A stretch of 48,639 bases of DNA, counting the filler, from Bipalium vagum (lineage: Eukaryota), in the NCBI GenBank assembly GCA_037834085.1. It is 2 parts of 2 records of this genome, joined end to end, with 100 filler letters (N's around TTAATTAATTAA, not from the genome) between each part and the next. Parts side by side here need not be neighbours in the genome. Positions count along the whole stretch, not along the records: positions 1 to 27,693 come from JBBMKC010081694.1; 1 more part is not named here. One strand, 5' to 3'. The notes beneath the pieces were generated by a model, which worked only from the letters and a program-made list of their open reading frames with translations, was not told where the DNA came from and ran no database searches. Position 1 is the first letter of the stretch. Each line of letters starts with the position of its first letter. Made by a program: the position numbers and the translations under genes. Positions 1 to 12,739 of this stretch are shown in pieces.

Positions 1-2071
1 ACAAACTTTGATACAATCGGCAGAGGACTGATAACCAAGGAAAGAAATACTATAAATACAAATCAAAACAGAGCTAGGAAGCAGTAAAAAATAGTCATCT
101 CTACGATCATATCTTTACTAGAACTTCGACCATATCAATTCAATATCACTCATTCGTATATACCCAAATTCGCCCAACCAGCCACTCAGCAGAGAGTTCA
201 ACTATCCAGTGACGATTCCATTCATTCGTACTTATCCGAAGGCGCCCAGAACGCAATTCATTCAAGTATTCGCCCTTCCAGTTGGAACTACTCACTTCTT
301 GCGGTTTTACCCAATTCCAATAGACCAGATCAAAATCATACAAATATACTCTAATCCAGTGGCCTCGACTCAATTAGTACAATTCTTTTGCCGGCAGAAA
401 CCATTTATGTACTGAAGTTTTTTTTTACTAATTTCTTGATACTGAATAGTGTCAACTATAATATACATTTAATCTAGTTTTGTGTTTTATTGCGGTTTAA
501 AATTAAAAATTTTAAAACCTTTTAGTTATTATAATTTAGTTTTAAGAACTTAATGATATTTTTATTGTTGTGAGAATTTAAAGATAATTTTATTGTTATT
601 GCCATACTTATAACGGTAAACTGTACGATAGATTTTTTTCTTTCAGAACCATAATCAATCCGTCAAACGTTCAAATATTATTATGTCAATTAGTTCTTAA
701 TGTCCTTGGTCTGTTGTTAGAAGTTTATAAATTAAATCAAAAGTTCGGCGTTGTAGCACAATGAGGATCCAGTTAACAATTATATAATTACATTAATTGG
801 AAGCTTCAAGGATTTAAGGATGGGAAAGCAAAATAACAGTTTTGCTAATCCAGAATCCTGGATCATTTAGGAAGATGAATAATTTTCAAATTTGTTAGGT
901 GGAGACATTGTCAACAGAGTTGGGCCGAATCTCAAAATACAGGAGATGATGTTTTTTATCAGATCTGGTGTAGCACTATGAAGTGCTGGATAGTATTTAG
1001 TAGAGCATGTGTCACGGTTATAACCAATAGTATGATTTATCTAAGCATTAGTGAGTGGTATAAGTCAAAGATATCCGTTAAAAAATTAAATAGATGAAAC
1101 CAAATTCTTGGTCAACAAAGAAACCTGGAATGAAATAGAAAACTCGGATAAAATTATTCATTGAGAGTGTCCAGATATATTCTGATTGTATGATGGCTTA
1201 TTCTAAAAGCGGTATACCCTGAACAAACTGTACCTGTCCATGTTGTCTGAAAAGAAGCTCCACGACTTTGACTCCAAATCTAGCTTGAAATTAGTGGGTA
1301 ACCAACACAAACTCCCACCCTTGAGTCATCGGGATCATGTCTCTGCAAGATATTTTATTTTTATGTATATATTATTTTGAAAAATTCTTAATTATTTTTC
1401 TACATAATTAAAAGTATAAATATTTTTAATGAATTCTATACTTTATATTTCTCAATTTAATAAAATATTTGTTACATTTTAAAAATATATAATTCTATGG
1501 AGCACTGCTTTAATTAATCTATAAAAAGTTTAACCACCATGGTATTAATTTATTTCATTCAAGCAGTATTTGTTAGTCAAGGGACTGTAAATTGTGTTTC
1601 AATAATAAATGATACTTTTGATTTTCTTAAATACTTGACAAATGAGTTAAGCCACAAATTAAGTTAAAATTTTGATCGGAATATTATAAATATTAAGTTT
1701 TTGACAGTTCAAATTTTGAACTTCACATTACAACTTTACTTACTTTACACAATTAAGATGGTTTTATTAAAAATATATTTTCACTCTTTTATTATATTAA
1801 AAATAAAATTTTCGATAACTAATAATCTTTTTAATCAGATTATTAAATTATTTAGCTGAGTATCACAAAAATTAAAATATGCCAAAGTATAATTTTCTGA
1901 AACTATTTCAATAATTTCCTTAAAAAACAAAATATCTTTTTGCAAAATTTTCCAAAATCATTATTTTTAATAGTCTCAAAATACATAAAACAATAAATTA
2001 TCATTGAAAACGGTATTTAAACATTTTTGTTTTAATAATTGTCTGTTATTATCACACAATTCAAATCTGCA

Positions 2072-4778
2072 ATGACGACAAGAAATCTCACAGACAGTTT
2101 TATTTTCATGCGAAACAATTCCATACAAAATCGTCAATATCACAACGACGATGTAACATATTTACCTTTCGTTCACGTCTCACATAGATTCCACATTCGT
2201 TTTCCAGAATGACAGTTCAGACAAGGCACCGCTGATTTTCCGACGGTCCAAAGACTTGGAAAGCGGGGAAATGAAAGATGAAATGCCGAGCCACCAGTAA
2301 TTTTTCGATTCCATCGTTTTGAAACAATGATAATAATGATAATTATCTGGTTTTTTATTCTCGTGTAGCGCAGCTCTCTCTTCAGCAATCCAATCCGAAT
2401 TTGGTCAGATCCAAGAGAAAAGTTTACTTCACCATCAATAGATCAATATTGAAACGTTGATTCTGTCTTTTTTCTTTTCCAGTGAAGCTTCTGATCTCGT
2501 TGCACGACCGCCATCTCAACCGAGCCTGTCTGGATGACAACCTCGACGAGGACCGTGAAATCGAAATTTTGACGAAAGACTTGACCAAAGTGGCTCATTG
2601 TTTTCCTCCTCTTTATCTCTTCTTGACATTTATCGCTTCAGAATTTCGTCGACGTCCACAAAAAATTGTCCCAGCTCGTCTCCTCTGCTCGCCAATTTCG
2701 TCTGGCAGGAGGCGCCAAGGCGGCCATGTCCAACAACATTCAGTCCAACATCGCCCGGACGCTGCAGGACTTGTCCGTAGCGTTCCGGAAGGCGCAGAGT
2801 CAATATTTGACGAGTAAATATTGATTATTTCACATCGTCACTTTCTCTTTAAATCAATAATTAAATATATTTTATTGACAATTTTTAATTTCGAATTTTT
2901 AAAAAACGGTTTGAGTTTGATTAATTTTTATCGATTATTATTATTGATTTGTAGTAATGATTAATATTCATTATCGATTAATATTCAGTATGATGACTTT
3001 GTTTATAGCTGTTATTAATTTAAGGTATATCGTAAATTAATTTTATGGTTACAAATGATAATACCTGTTAACCCCAGTCTCTCCCTACCTCTTTACTTTT
3101 TCATTATACAATTACTCTGGTATGTATCTCAGAGCTGAAGTCACGCGATGAAAGACTGAAAGGACTGTTTGAAATTTCTGATGATTTCATTTCCAAATAT
3201 GACAGCACCAGCGAACGGATGGGGAACGAATTCGAGGATGATTCCGATGGCTTCGTTGGATATTATCGACCTCAGGTGGTTTTTTGTTGAGTCTCATTAT
3301 TATTTGATAGTAGTCAATAATGTTGATTTTATAAGTTTTGGTTTTATCATTATTATTATTAATTAATATTATTTTTAATATTATCAACTAATATTGATGT
3401 TTATAGTTATATTTCTTAATTTTAAAATTACTTATTTATATAATAATACAAAATTATTAATTTAAATTTATTATTAATAATATTTTCACTAATATTATTT
3501 ATTATCAAAATAATACTCCCTCCGTCCGGAAATATTGTATACATTTCAACAAAAATCGTAGATAATCGTGATTATAAAAATAAATTGGCAGCTTTCATTA
3601 CATTGTTATAGTAAATACTCATGACAATATAACCTGAAATATTTGACGTAAGCAATATCATTCTTAGTTAAAAACTTAACGCTCAAACATCAGTGTTTCT
3701 TGAGACAAATAAAATTAATACCACTGCAAGACGAATATAGAAAATTCTGAAGGAAATTTAGTAAACTTAGAAAGAAGGGATTCCAAATATAAACAATTAA
3801 CAAAAGAACAACGTCAAGGTATATTAGAAAAATTATTGCAGCAAATGAAGGAGAATAAGCTAAAACACGGTTCAATCAATGAAGTTGTTACTACGTTTCG
3901 AGTTTCCAGGCTAACTATTAAAGCCAAATCAAATTTCGAGAGAAAAATATCATTCTTATTTAATTAAAATGTTTCAAATAAAGTTAATATAATATACTTG
4001 TCATGTACATTTTTTGATTTATTTTATTTTTTCGCAAATGTATACCATATTTCCGGACGGAGGGAGTAATAATTATAATTATTATGGGTATTTATTATAA
4101 TTTATTAATTTATTGAAAAAAATAGCATTCTTATATATTATTATAATTATAATTATTATAATTATTTACTTTTAATATTATCAATTATTGATATTTATAA
4201 TTTATTTCTAATTTAATCAAAATATTTATAATATTAATTAATAATTAATAATTATTACATTTTATTATTAATAATATTTTCATCTTTATATATTATCATA
4301 ATAATAATTATTATTGTGCATATTTATTATAATGTATTAACATTATAATTATAATTATTATTAGTATTATTTCTATTATCAATACTATTATTATTATCGA
4401 TTATCATTGATTGTCATTGGTCACAATGTTCTATCTCAGTCCTCAGGCCTCAATCACCGACAAACCCAGCTCGTGGTGGAAGATAACTCGCGTGTCGTAT
4501 TGGAACGGGAAAAAGAAATCAACCAGATCTGCAAGTCGATTCAGGAGCTGAACGAAATCTTCCGCGACGTGGCCCAAATGGTTACCGTTCAGGGTAGCAT
4601 CATCGACCGTATCGACAACAATATCGAGCAGACTCAGTTCAAGGTCAAAGAGGGACTGAATCAAATCCAGAAGGCCCACAAGCTCCAGAAAAAGAACCGC
4701 AAGATTCTGCTCATCATTGTTCTGGCCATCATTGTCATCATTCTTTCGCTCTGGTTGATGTATCGGAAACTACCTTAG
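2072..4778 (+). CDS. STX16: Syntaxin-16 (Qa-SNARE, trans-Golgi). 7 exons: 2072-2152, 2208-2296, 2369-2421, 2483-2589, 2642-2813, 3133-3275, 4440-4778; 327 aa
   Basis: Manual splicing at GT-AG sites gives a phase-consistent 984-nt ORF. It has the N-peptide MTTRNLTDSFIFMRNNSIQNRQ, Habc segments (LISLHDRHLNR...; LQDLSVAFRKAQSQYL), the SNARE motif (EREKEINQICKSIQELNEIFRDVAQMVTVQGSIIDRIDNNIEQ) and a C-terminal transmembrane helix, all typical of syntaxin-16/Tlg2. Confidence 0.96.
3516..4066 (+). mobile_element. Stowaway-like, internally deleted DD39D (plant-type mariner) element in STX16 intron 6
   Basis: 31-bp terminal inverted repeats (TIRs) CTCCCTCCGTCCGGAAATAT(T/G)GTATACATTT with 1 mismatch, flanked by TA on both sides. 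Internal frame ~3782-3925 reads KQLTKEQRQGILEKLLQQMKENKLKHGSINEVVTTFRVSRLTI, resembling the N-terminal HTH of DD39D transposases. Confidence 0.85.
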
Positions 4779-5276
4779 AGAGAGAGGGCATCAAGTACTG
4801 TACACCCCTCCCCCTCCCCTCAACTAAACGTTTCCTTTTTTTCCCGTTCTTCTTTTGGCTTTTGTCTGCCGTTGAATGGACATCATAAGCATACTAAAAC
4901 TTTGAAAATATCGTCGGGAATAATGTGTCCAGAGATTTCTCCAAGAAATAGCCTATCTCGCTGATATTTCTCTATTTTATGTGCCCCGCTTCCTTTAAAA
5001 CGATTTTCATTCTTTTCAGATAATTTATTGATTGTGCGGCCACTGTTTTGTCATCAATCAACGCGTTTTACTGTGATATATGTTTGTGACACGGGTGACG
5101 AAGTCTGTCAAAATCAATCACCGAGATCACACAAAAATTACGTTAGTCTTGTTTTCTCTCTTTTCCTGTTGGTTTTTGTTCCCATTTTTGTTTTTCTTCT
5201 TTTGTTTTGTCTTGTCTAAAAATTGTCGTAAATGTGAAAAATCGACTGATGATGTTCTTGGTATTTTATTCATTTG

Positions 5277-5282
5277 AATAAA
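5277..5282 (+). promoter_or_regulatory. Probable polyadenylation signal of STX16
   Basis: AATAAA ~500 bp after the stop codon, at the end of a T-rich UTR-like tract and just before TE-derived sequence. Confidence 0.45.
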
Positions 5283-7659
5283 GTTAAAGATTTAAATGAA
5301 AAAGAATTTGTTTTTGGATAATTATTGTCCAAAATATACCAAAAACAAATATAGAACTGATGAGCTCAAGAAAGCGTTTGAGAATTTGCGAAAGAATAAT
5401 GAGGAATGTGGGAAATTTTGAATGTTTTGGGATTGTTCAGAACAATCAAAGGATATCATTAACTAAGTTTGGGAGGAGACATCGAGGAACTCGAAAATAA
5501 CTTTTAAAACCAAAACGAAACTGGGAGGGTGATATGTAAAATTGAATGGAGAAGAAATAGATAATATAAAATTATCAATAAAATTTGTGAAAATGTGACT
5601 TAAACAGTTACTTTTTATTACTTAGAAAAGGATTTATTTGAACTAATTTTTATTGATTAATGTAAAAGTTCAAGAATTTATTAAAGAAAAGCTTAAAAAA
5701 AGAAGACTTGTCTAGATCAAGGCACTACTCAGCATACGTCCTATTATAATGAGAGTAACTAGAATCTGTTGATATTAGATTTGTCTGATCAAAAGGATTT
5801 TTACATTCGTATGGACGGGTGTTAAAACAAATCTGCAACTGTCACCATTGTACTAATATCCTTGCCTCTTCAACTCCATTTTCTTACGGGTCGTTCACTT
5901 AATTCCAGAATCGACCTACCAGTAATCCCTTCAATTGAAAACTGGCCATCCAAAATAACGTCTTAATTTTACCAATTATTTTATAACTTTCAGTTACATA
6001 TCCACTTATCATTCATAGCTTTGTATCAAATTAATCTTGATGACCTTAGCCATAATTACTTAAATAACGATATCAAATGGTTTGTTACTACAATGTTAGT
6101 ATAATTATCGTCGAAACGTTGATTGAAAAATAGATTATAAAGCAATTATTTTCTCACCAACCCATAACTTTACATTTTTTATGAGATTCACTTTCGCCCT
6201 TGTGATCTATCTTCAAACCAACGTGATTATTTCAATAAAGTATAATTTCTGTCTGAAAGTAGTTGTCTGTAATACACTTAGAAAATGTAAAAGTTTTTGT
6301 CAAATCCTTTATTCATACATTTTTTACTAACCTATATATATATTTATTTCGAACTTAAGGTATGACAACTAAAAGTCCGTACAAATTTATTAATAAATTT
6401 TAAGGTCAATAAAAAAATTCGTTACTGTTTCTTTTCCATAATTTACAAACATGTAACAAGTACTTTTTGTTAACATATTGTTTAAATAATGATATTGTTA
6501 CGGTCTGGGTCGCAAGCTTAACTGTTACAAGGGGGCTTACAACTGGGCTCACCAACTCTCTAGAAGGAAGTTTAAATAATAGAAAACTCACGAATAAACA
6601 AAGCGATTAACAAAATAAAGTATATTTGTTATCACAAATACAAGGTTAAAAATCTATTCATTCAAACAAACAATATTCAAAATTACAAAAGATTAATTAA
6701 GTAATAAAATATCTTCTTGACTTTACGTTAGTCGAAGAATTCCTGATAACAAAAATGTGTATTCTGTCGCCTAGAGCGAAGCAGAATCAAATTAGTGAGA
6801 GAACAATATAAAAGAATAAAGAAAATATTAAAAAGTTTGTGATGAGAAGAATTTCCTTCTATCACTAAATTAATGTTAATTAACTCTATCGGTTAAACAC
6901 TTTGGAACTAATATAAATTCTTTACCTATTATTATTAAAAATATATTTAATTTGAATACATGTAAGCGTATTCACAGATTGCTTAAGGGCGTTTTGAATG
7001 TGAAAACTAGGGGTTTAATTACTCCGGTTTTCCACATTCTAGAGCTCCTCATTGGCTCTATCTTAACTTCCTAAATATAAATTTATGTGTGTTTGGTTTC
7101 AATTTTAAGTAAGTTTTTCTTACTAATAATAGATTTGTGTAGGTGGTTACTATTTTAAGTAAGTTCTTCTACTATAGAAATTACTATACTTAGTAACTCT
7201 ACTTCCACAACATTTATTTATGGCAAGTTATTCAATTTCCATAATAATAATGCCTAATCACGTGGGTTAATATATAACTCCACGTTTTATATATTTAATT
7301 TAACTTTTATTTTTAAAACGATTATTATTTGTAACTTTATTAATTATTTATATATTATTTTTTACAACATTAAAAATAAATCACATTCCTTTTTTCAGAG
7401 ATAAAAAATTAAAAAGAGTAGGCCTTACGAAAATCAATTTAAAATGTAAAATATAATGTAAATTCAAATCAAATATCAAATCAAATGTTTCCAATGTCGA
7501 TCACTAGTTTCGGAAAGAGATCACCACTCTCCATTTGCTCCTGAAAATCGTCACCGATCTCAGTAATCGGTTTCTTTTGGTTTTGTGTTTGATCTGACTG
7601 TTCTTTTTTTTTTTTTACTAATTTTACTGCGGATCCCAATAATATACTTAGGCGCGTAT

Positions 7660-8270
7660 TTAGAAGATGACGAAAGAAAATGATGCTGGGAACCGTGAAT
7701 ACAACTTCTGGTTGATCCATGCCAATGAAGGGAAAATCTTCACGGTAAAGTATTTTGTGCTACAGGGTATGGCAAAATTAACTATTTATGGTATACTACA
7801 ACACGCAGAAAATAAATCTTGGCCATTTCGAAAAGTTGGAAGTGCCTATAAACCAGTTAAAATGTCAAAGAGAAAAGTGGAGTTGATAAAGAGGTCTGTT
7901 AACCACAAGATGGGAATATCTCAACGTATGGTGGCCGAAAAATGTAACTACATCTATGAACTTATATCAAAGACATTGAAAAAAAAAGACCAGTATCAAA
8001 TATTGAAAACGAATAACCATTCCAGAACGTACAGACAGACAACGATCAGTCATTAAAAGCAGATGCAGTTATTTGAATAAAAATTTCAATAACTTGAATT
8101 GGATCCTCGATGACGATAAATATTTTTATCCAACTGCAACATTAAAATAAATCGTGGATTTTACTCAGAAGCACCTCCTAGTGTAAAGTATATAAAAAAA
8201 TGAAATGTGAACCAAAACTGCTTGTTTTGATAGCAATGTCAAAGGTCTTTCCAGACCTTCCATTGGTACT
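7660..8270 (+). mobile_element. Degenerate IS630/Tc1-superfamily transposase fragment (DD37E-like)
   Basis: HTH-like ORF 7667-8056 (GISQRMVAEKCN), then frameshifted WILDDDKYF and K..KCEPKLLVLIAMS motifs. Confidence 0.7.
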
Positions 8271-9369
8271 GGTAATAACCTATTCATTTCACACTTATCA
8301 TGAGGATTACTGCGAGGACAATTATTCTATAACCTGTTATTTTATTATAACCTAATTATTCTTAACCTGTTATAAGAAAGAAAGGCGATATGAATTAGTT
8401 CTTAAGGAAGAAGCGATTTCCAGAGTATTATTTCGACCTCTCAGAAACAGGAAGGACGTCCAAGTGAATCTTTCTTCTGTAGTTGCAGTCACAAATGCAT
8501 AACCACTCCGTCCACAATGACTACCAGCAATGAAGGAGCAATTGTTTTATTTATAATTATCTTTATTAATAGTATTACTTAGCATCCCCGGGTCGCAGAG
8601 AAAATGTGAAAACGTTGCATGATACCATTGTCACCCTGTGAAGCAGTACCATTATCAATTGAACAGATTAATCGACAAATCTATTAGAAACCATAAACCC
8701 TAATAGCCTGGTATTATTATTACTATTATTACCCTTCTTATAATAATAATAATACCAGTAATAATATTATTATTATTATTATTTAGAATATATTATTAAT
8801 ATTTTAAAAGAAAGAGTTTAATATTTTGTTAATTGTAATAATATAAAAATAATTTATTAATTTTAAAGATATTTAACATTTTAGAGCATTGTTTAAATTT
8901 ACATTAATGGTTTCCATGGTTGGACGAAATATTTTGAATACTTCGATTTTGTGATCAATAAACAAATGATCAAGCAGTTAGACTTATGGATTACAAGCCG
9001 AGAGACATTGATAATTACTGCGACATCTGCCATTCCTTGTATATGTGATCAACTGAAAATGTTTAACAAAGGTTTTTTTTTGATGACCCTGGTCACGATG
9101 TAATACTCAAGATCAAAATTGGATAGTCAATCTGAGGATCCAATATTTGGGATCTCTGCTAGTTGATTATCGGTGAGTGGAGGCAGACTACCTTCTCTGG
9201 GGTTTTCTAGATGACAATGCAACTGTTTGTGAGCGAGTATTTTACCACAAAAGCACAATTAATATTCTTGTTAGCCAGATCGATTCCGTGATCGGTCAGT
9301 AGTGTCCTTTAAATCTTTTAACGTTGTGCTCAGTGTTATTCATAGTTTTACGACATCTGTTCTTATTTT

Positions 9370-9830
9370 GTGCTATGATCAAAGACATGATCAGGGAGTA
9401 AGAAAGAGAATCGAACTTGACCGATGGATTTGAAGCTCGATTATATTTAAAGTTTCCCAAAGAAAAGGATGTGGTGACAGACTGGGAAGAAATGACACAA
9501 TTCAGATGCGGTTCAGAGAGTATTCAGACTTTTTGTGAGCAGATCAAGGAGAAGATTACAAAAGTGATGAAACACCAGCTAACAGAAGATGAGTGAATTG
9601 TTAGAAGGCTCTTGCAATGGATAAAAAACGAGAGCATTAGCAGAGAGACTGAAATACGTGAAATGAAGACCGTTGAGGAAATTGAAAATTTAATGATTAA
9701 ACAACAGCCATATAAATGCGGTGCGAAGCCAACAGGAGCTTGCGAAGAGAAGCGAGAAGATGAGCTGGGCAGACAGTCAAACAGAATCCGACCACGATGT
9801 ACATAATATTCGAAACACAGCCAAGGAGGG
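9370..9830 (+). mobile_element. Gypsy gag-like relic
   Basis: Purine-rich, stop-interrupted, E/K-rich frame (DWEEMTQFRCGSESIQTFCEQIKEKI...IREMKTVEEIENL) resembling retrotransposon gag. Confidence 0.45.
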
Positions 9831-10029
9831 AATCCTCATTACCCTTTTTTTTCTTTCAGTTAACTTTTTTCTATTATTAACGCTCTAAAAAACGTTTCCC
9901 GCTGATCACGAAACAAGTGGTACCAACAATGAATTCTTTTATGTCTGGATTTTCATTGGATGATAATGTCATTGGTCGACAGTCTCTTAAAAGTCTTTGC
10001 GTTACAGTTGAAAACATTTGCACCATTTC

Positions 10030-10824
10030 ATGATTAACCTAGGCCCATTTTTAATAACTTTCTTTGTCGCCTGTCTGGCATCATCAACTTCGACTTCAGG
10101 CAAGATGAAGTGTGCCTTGAAAGCATTGGAGCGCGCAAGATACACTTTTGCAGTGAAAGATGATTTCTGCTTGATAAGCAAGAGAAACATTTCGCGGAGA
10201 CGCACAAGATTTGAAAGTAAAGTTTACAAAAGAAGACCAACTGCATTTGGGCTGATTACAATTCAAACTGGGATACAGTACGATGCCTATCAATACTTAA
10301 CAAAGGGCCTTTCTATGTTAAATGGTAAATTGCAAATTTCAATGAACCTAGAATTTCACTCTCTTATGTTCCTGGAAGGATGGAAGGACCTGAAGCCATT
10401 AAAAATGAATATTTATCTTTTAGGAAATGACCGGAAAACGAACAAAGTCAGTCTTACTTTCAAAGTTAAGAAGAACGATACTCTGGAGTCGTGGTTCAAT
10501 ATAAACAATTTAATAAGCTCTAAACCATGGAACAAAGAATATTTGCTTGAAAATGGGTACACGAACTTTGTCATGAGAGGTCACAAACGACAGTTTTACA
10601 TTGAAAAACAGGGATCCCAAGAATGTGACGTTAGACTAATGGCTGTGCTGTATTCTATGGGTAATTGTTCTTATGTTGGAAATATTCTGTTAAATGGAAC
10701 CGAAAAGGGTTATCCCATGTTCCAGTATGTGGAAAATGATGTGAAAAACACTCCAACCTTTGCACATGTCATGAAATTAAGCGTAGAAACGGACAGCAGA
10801 GTGGAATATTTTGAAAGTAAATGA
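10030..10824 (+). CDS. Intronless predicted secreted protein, 264 aa: signal peptide, degenerate PAN/apple-like segment, and an uncharacterised invertebrate extracellular domain
   Basis: Uninterrupted 795-nt ORF from the ATG at 10030. Hydrophobic N-terminus MINLGPFLITFFVACLA, then KCALK...FAV...CLIS, then the pattern ESWF...LISSKPW...NFVMRGHKRQFYI...EC...C...PMFQY. AATAAA at ~11130. Confidence 0.75.
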   Translation: MINLGPFLITFFVACLASSTSTSGKMKCALKALERARYTFAVKDDFCLISKRNISRRRTRFESKVYKRRPTAFGLITIQTGIQYDAYQYLTKGLSMLNGKLQISMNLEFHSLMFLEGWKDLKPLKMNIYLLGNDRKTNKVSLTFKVKKNDTLESWFNINNLISSKPWNKEYLLENGYTNFVMRGHKRQFYIEKQGSQECDVRLMAVLYSMGNCSYVGNILLNGTEKGYPMFQYVENDVKNTPTFAHVMKLSVETDSRVEYFESK

Positions 10825-10892
10825 AATCCGTTCACATAATCGAATTGAAGCAACGACAGAGGGGTCCATATGTGATCTCAGAAACAATCATA

Positions 10893-11071
10893 TTCATCTC
10901 ATCCATTTTCACCCTCTTTGAGAGTTCTCTTTCTTAACAGGCTAAAATATTACATTATGCGCCTTCATTTCAGTACTTGTTCATCTCATCCATTTTCACC
11001 CTCTTTGAGAGTTCTCTTTCTTAACAGGCTAAAATATTACATTATGCGCCTTCATTTCAGTACTTGTTCAT
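10893..11071 (+). repeat. Perfect tandem duplication, 87-bp unit x2
   Basis: TTCATCTCATCCATTTTCACCC...CAGTACTTG starts at 10893 and again at 10980. Confidence 0.95.
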
Positions 11072-12739
11072 ATTTTGTTGTGTTATTCTTTGGATATTTT
11101 CATTATTTTGTTTAAATGGATCGAATTAAAATAAACAAATAAATTTTTATTATTAAAAAAATTCTCATCTGATTAAAATTGTAAAATTGATTAATGAAAT
11201 TTTTAAACAAAAAGAAAAAGAAAAAAGAATTGACGAATCAATATAAAAGAGTACACGAGGGCCATTTGAAACGTTCTGAAAGCGACACGTCCAATGACAA
11301 AAGGGCCAAGATAAAAAGGCCTTCTCTAAGACGAACACATTTATAATACCATTTCCATTTTGTAAAGTCATTTGTTTAAATCAATAATTTTAATTTGACT
11401 TGGCGGTGGCGTCAATTTTAAAATGGAAAAATTGATTATCGATGGATCATAAAATTCTTTGACCGGGAAGAAATATCCAAGAGTCATTTCATTCCAACGT
11501 ACAACCACTTGTTCTCTTTTGTCATAATCGATGTCACCCATTGCATTATGGAAATGCTTTGGAAGAGCGTGTTCGATTAAAATGTGAGTCTTTTGCGTTT
11601 CTTCTCCATGTTACTCTATTTGGGTCTGTGGACGGAAAGACAGGCTCTGGTCATCGAGTACACGGAGAATCATAAAACCGGGCACCAAAGGTAAATGTAA
11701 ACAGGTTCCGCAAATGAAGTGAAATCTATCCAAAAAACAAAAACCCTTCGATTGGTGGCAGAATCCCACATTATGTATAGCCAGTATGAAAGCAAAATAA
11801 AGTTAATGAAGTAGACGGCCACATGAAGGACCTTTTTGGTTTTTCCGTTGGCCGATCGGTCTGGCATCGATGGCTGTACTGAGACGTCGAATTAAGACGT
11901 TTCCATAATTGAATCGTAACAGGCAACAATTACAATAGAAATTACTTGCGCTCCCACCCTGTAATTATTTGATTCATTAAACAATTGGTTCTTTGTTCGG
12001 CCCCTATCTCGTTTCGTCTTGTCTTCAAAACTTCGCCAAGGTCTCTTGTAGCTTTTCTGCCTTTCCGTTCATTTTTCAGTACCTAGAAGTTCCCCAAAGT
12101 TTAAATGTCTCCATATTTCGATCACCTTGATCTCAAATCAATTAAATTTAAGAACATTTATGTCTCCACAATCGAAATATTCATAAACCTTTTACACAAA
12201 ACAGAACTTACACAATATATCATGGTGGGAGACCTTTCCTGGCACCTGTATTGCTGTGATAAAATATGAAAAAAGCGGTTGTATTCCAACTTAGAGCACC
12301 ATTTGTTTAAATAGTTTAATTACATTAACTTTTAGATTTAAAACATTTATAAATTTAGACATGACAGTCACGGTTGAGAAGAAAGAACCGATTTTATTAT
12401 TCAATTACAATATGCAAGCGGTCTCAAAGAAATGTATACGCACTTTAAATATTAATCTTTAAGTAATTACAAGTCCTTATTACTTGTTTTATGGTTTGTT
12501 TAAATACTCCAATAATTGGTAAGACATGACCGCTATTTCAAACCTCTAAATTTATTCCTAAAGGTTGAATCATGAACGCTTGGTTGAATTTTGAGCAGCA
12601 AAAATCTATTATTAAAACTTAGGTCAAGTTTGAAAACATAAAAGAGGCACAGACTCTGATCAACAAAGAATTTCAGATAGATCCTCCAACAAGACTGATG
12701 GAAGATCTATTAATAATGTTAACAAGAACCGTACTGGAA

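Noticed and set aside
1-1340. Short ORFs and moderately GC-richer patches upstream of STX16
   Set aside because: No motif I could assign. Probably old TE debris.
2482-2817. 111-aa ORF as a standalone gene
   Set aside because: It is STX16 exon 4 read through intron 4 into the wrong frame.
6496-7212. Possible solo LTR (TGTTAC...ACAACA)
   Set aside because: Termini are imperfect and the flanks (GATAT/TTTAT) are not a clean target duplication. Cannot be supported without copy data.
8980-9330. Minus-strand LINE RT relic (IQGMADVAVII resembling YADD)
   Set aside because: A single degenerate motif, too weak to call.
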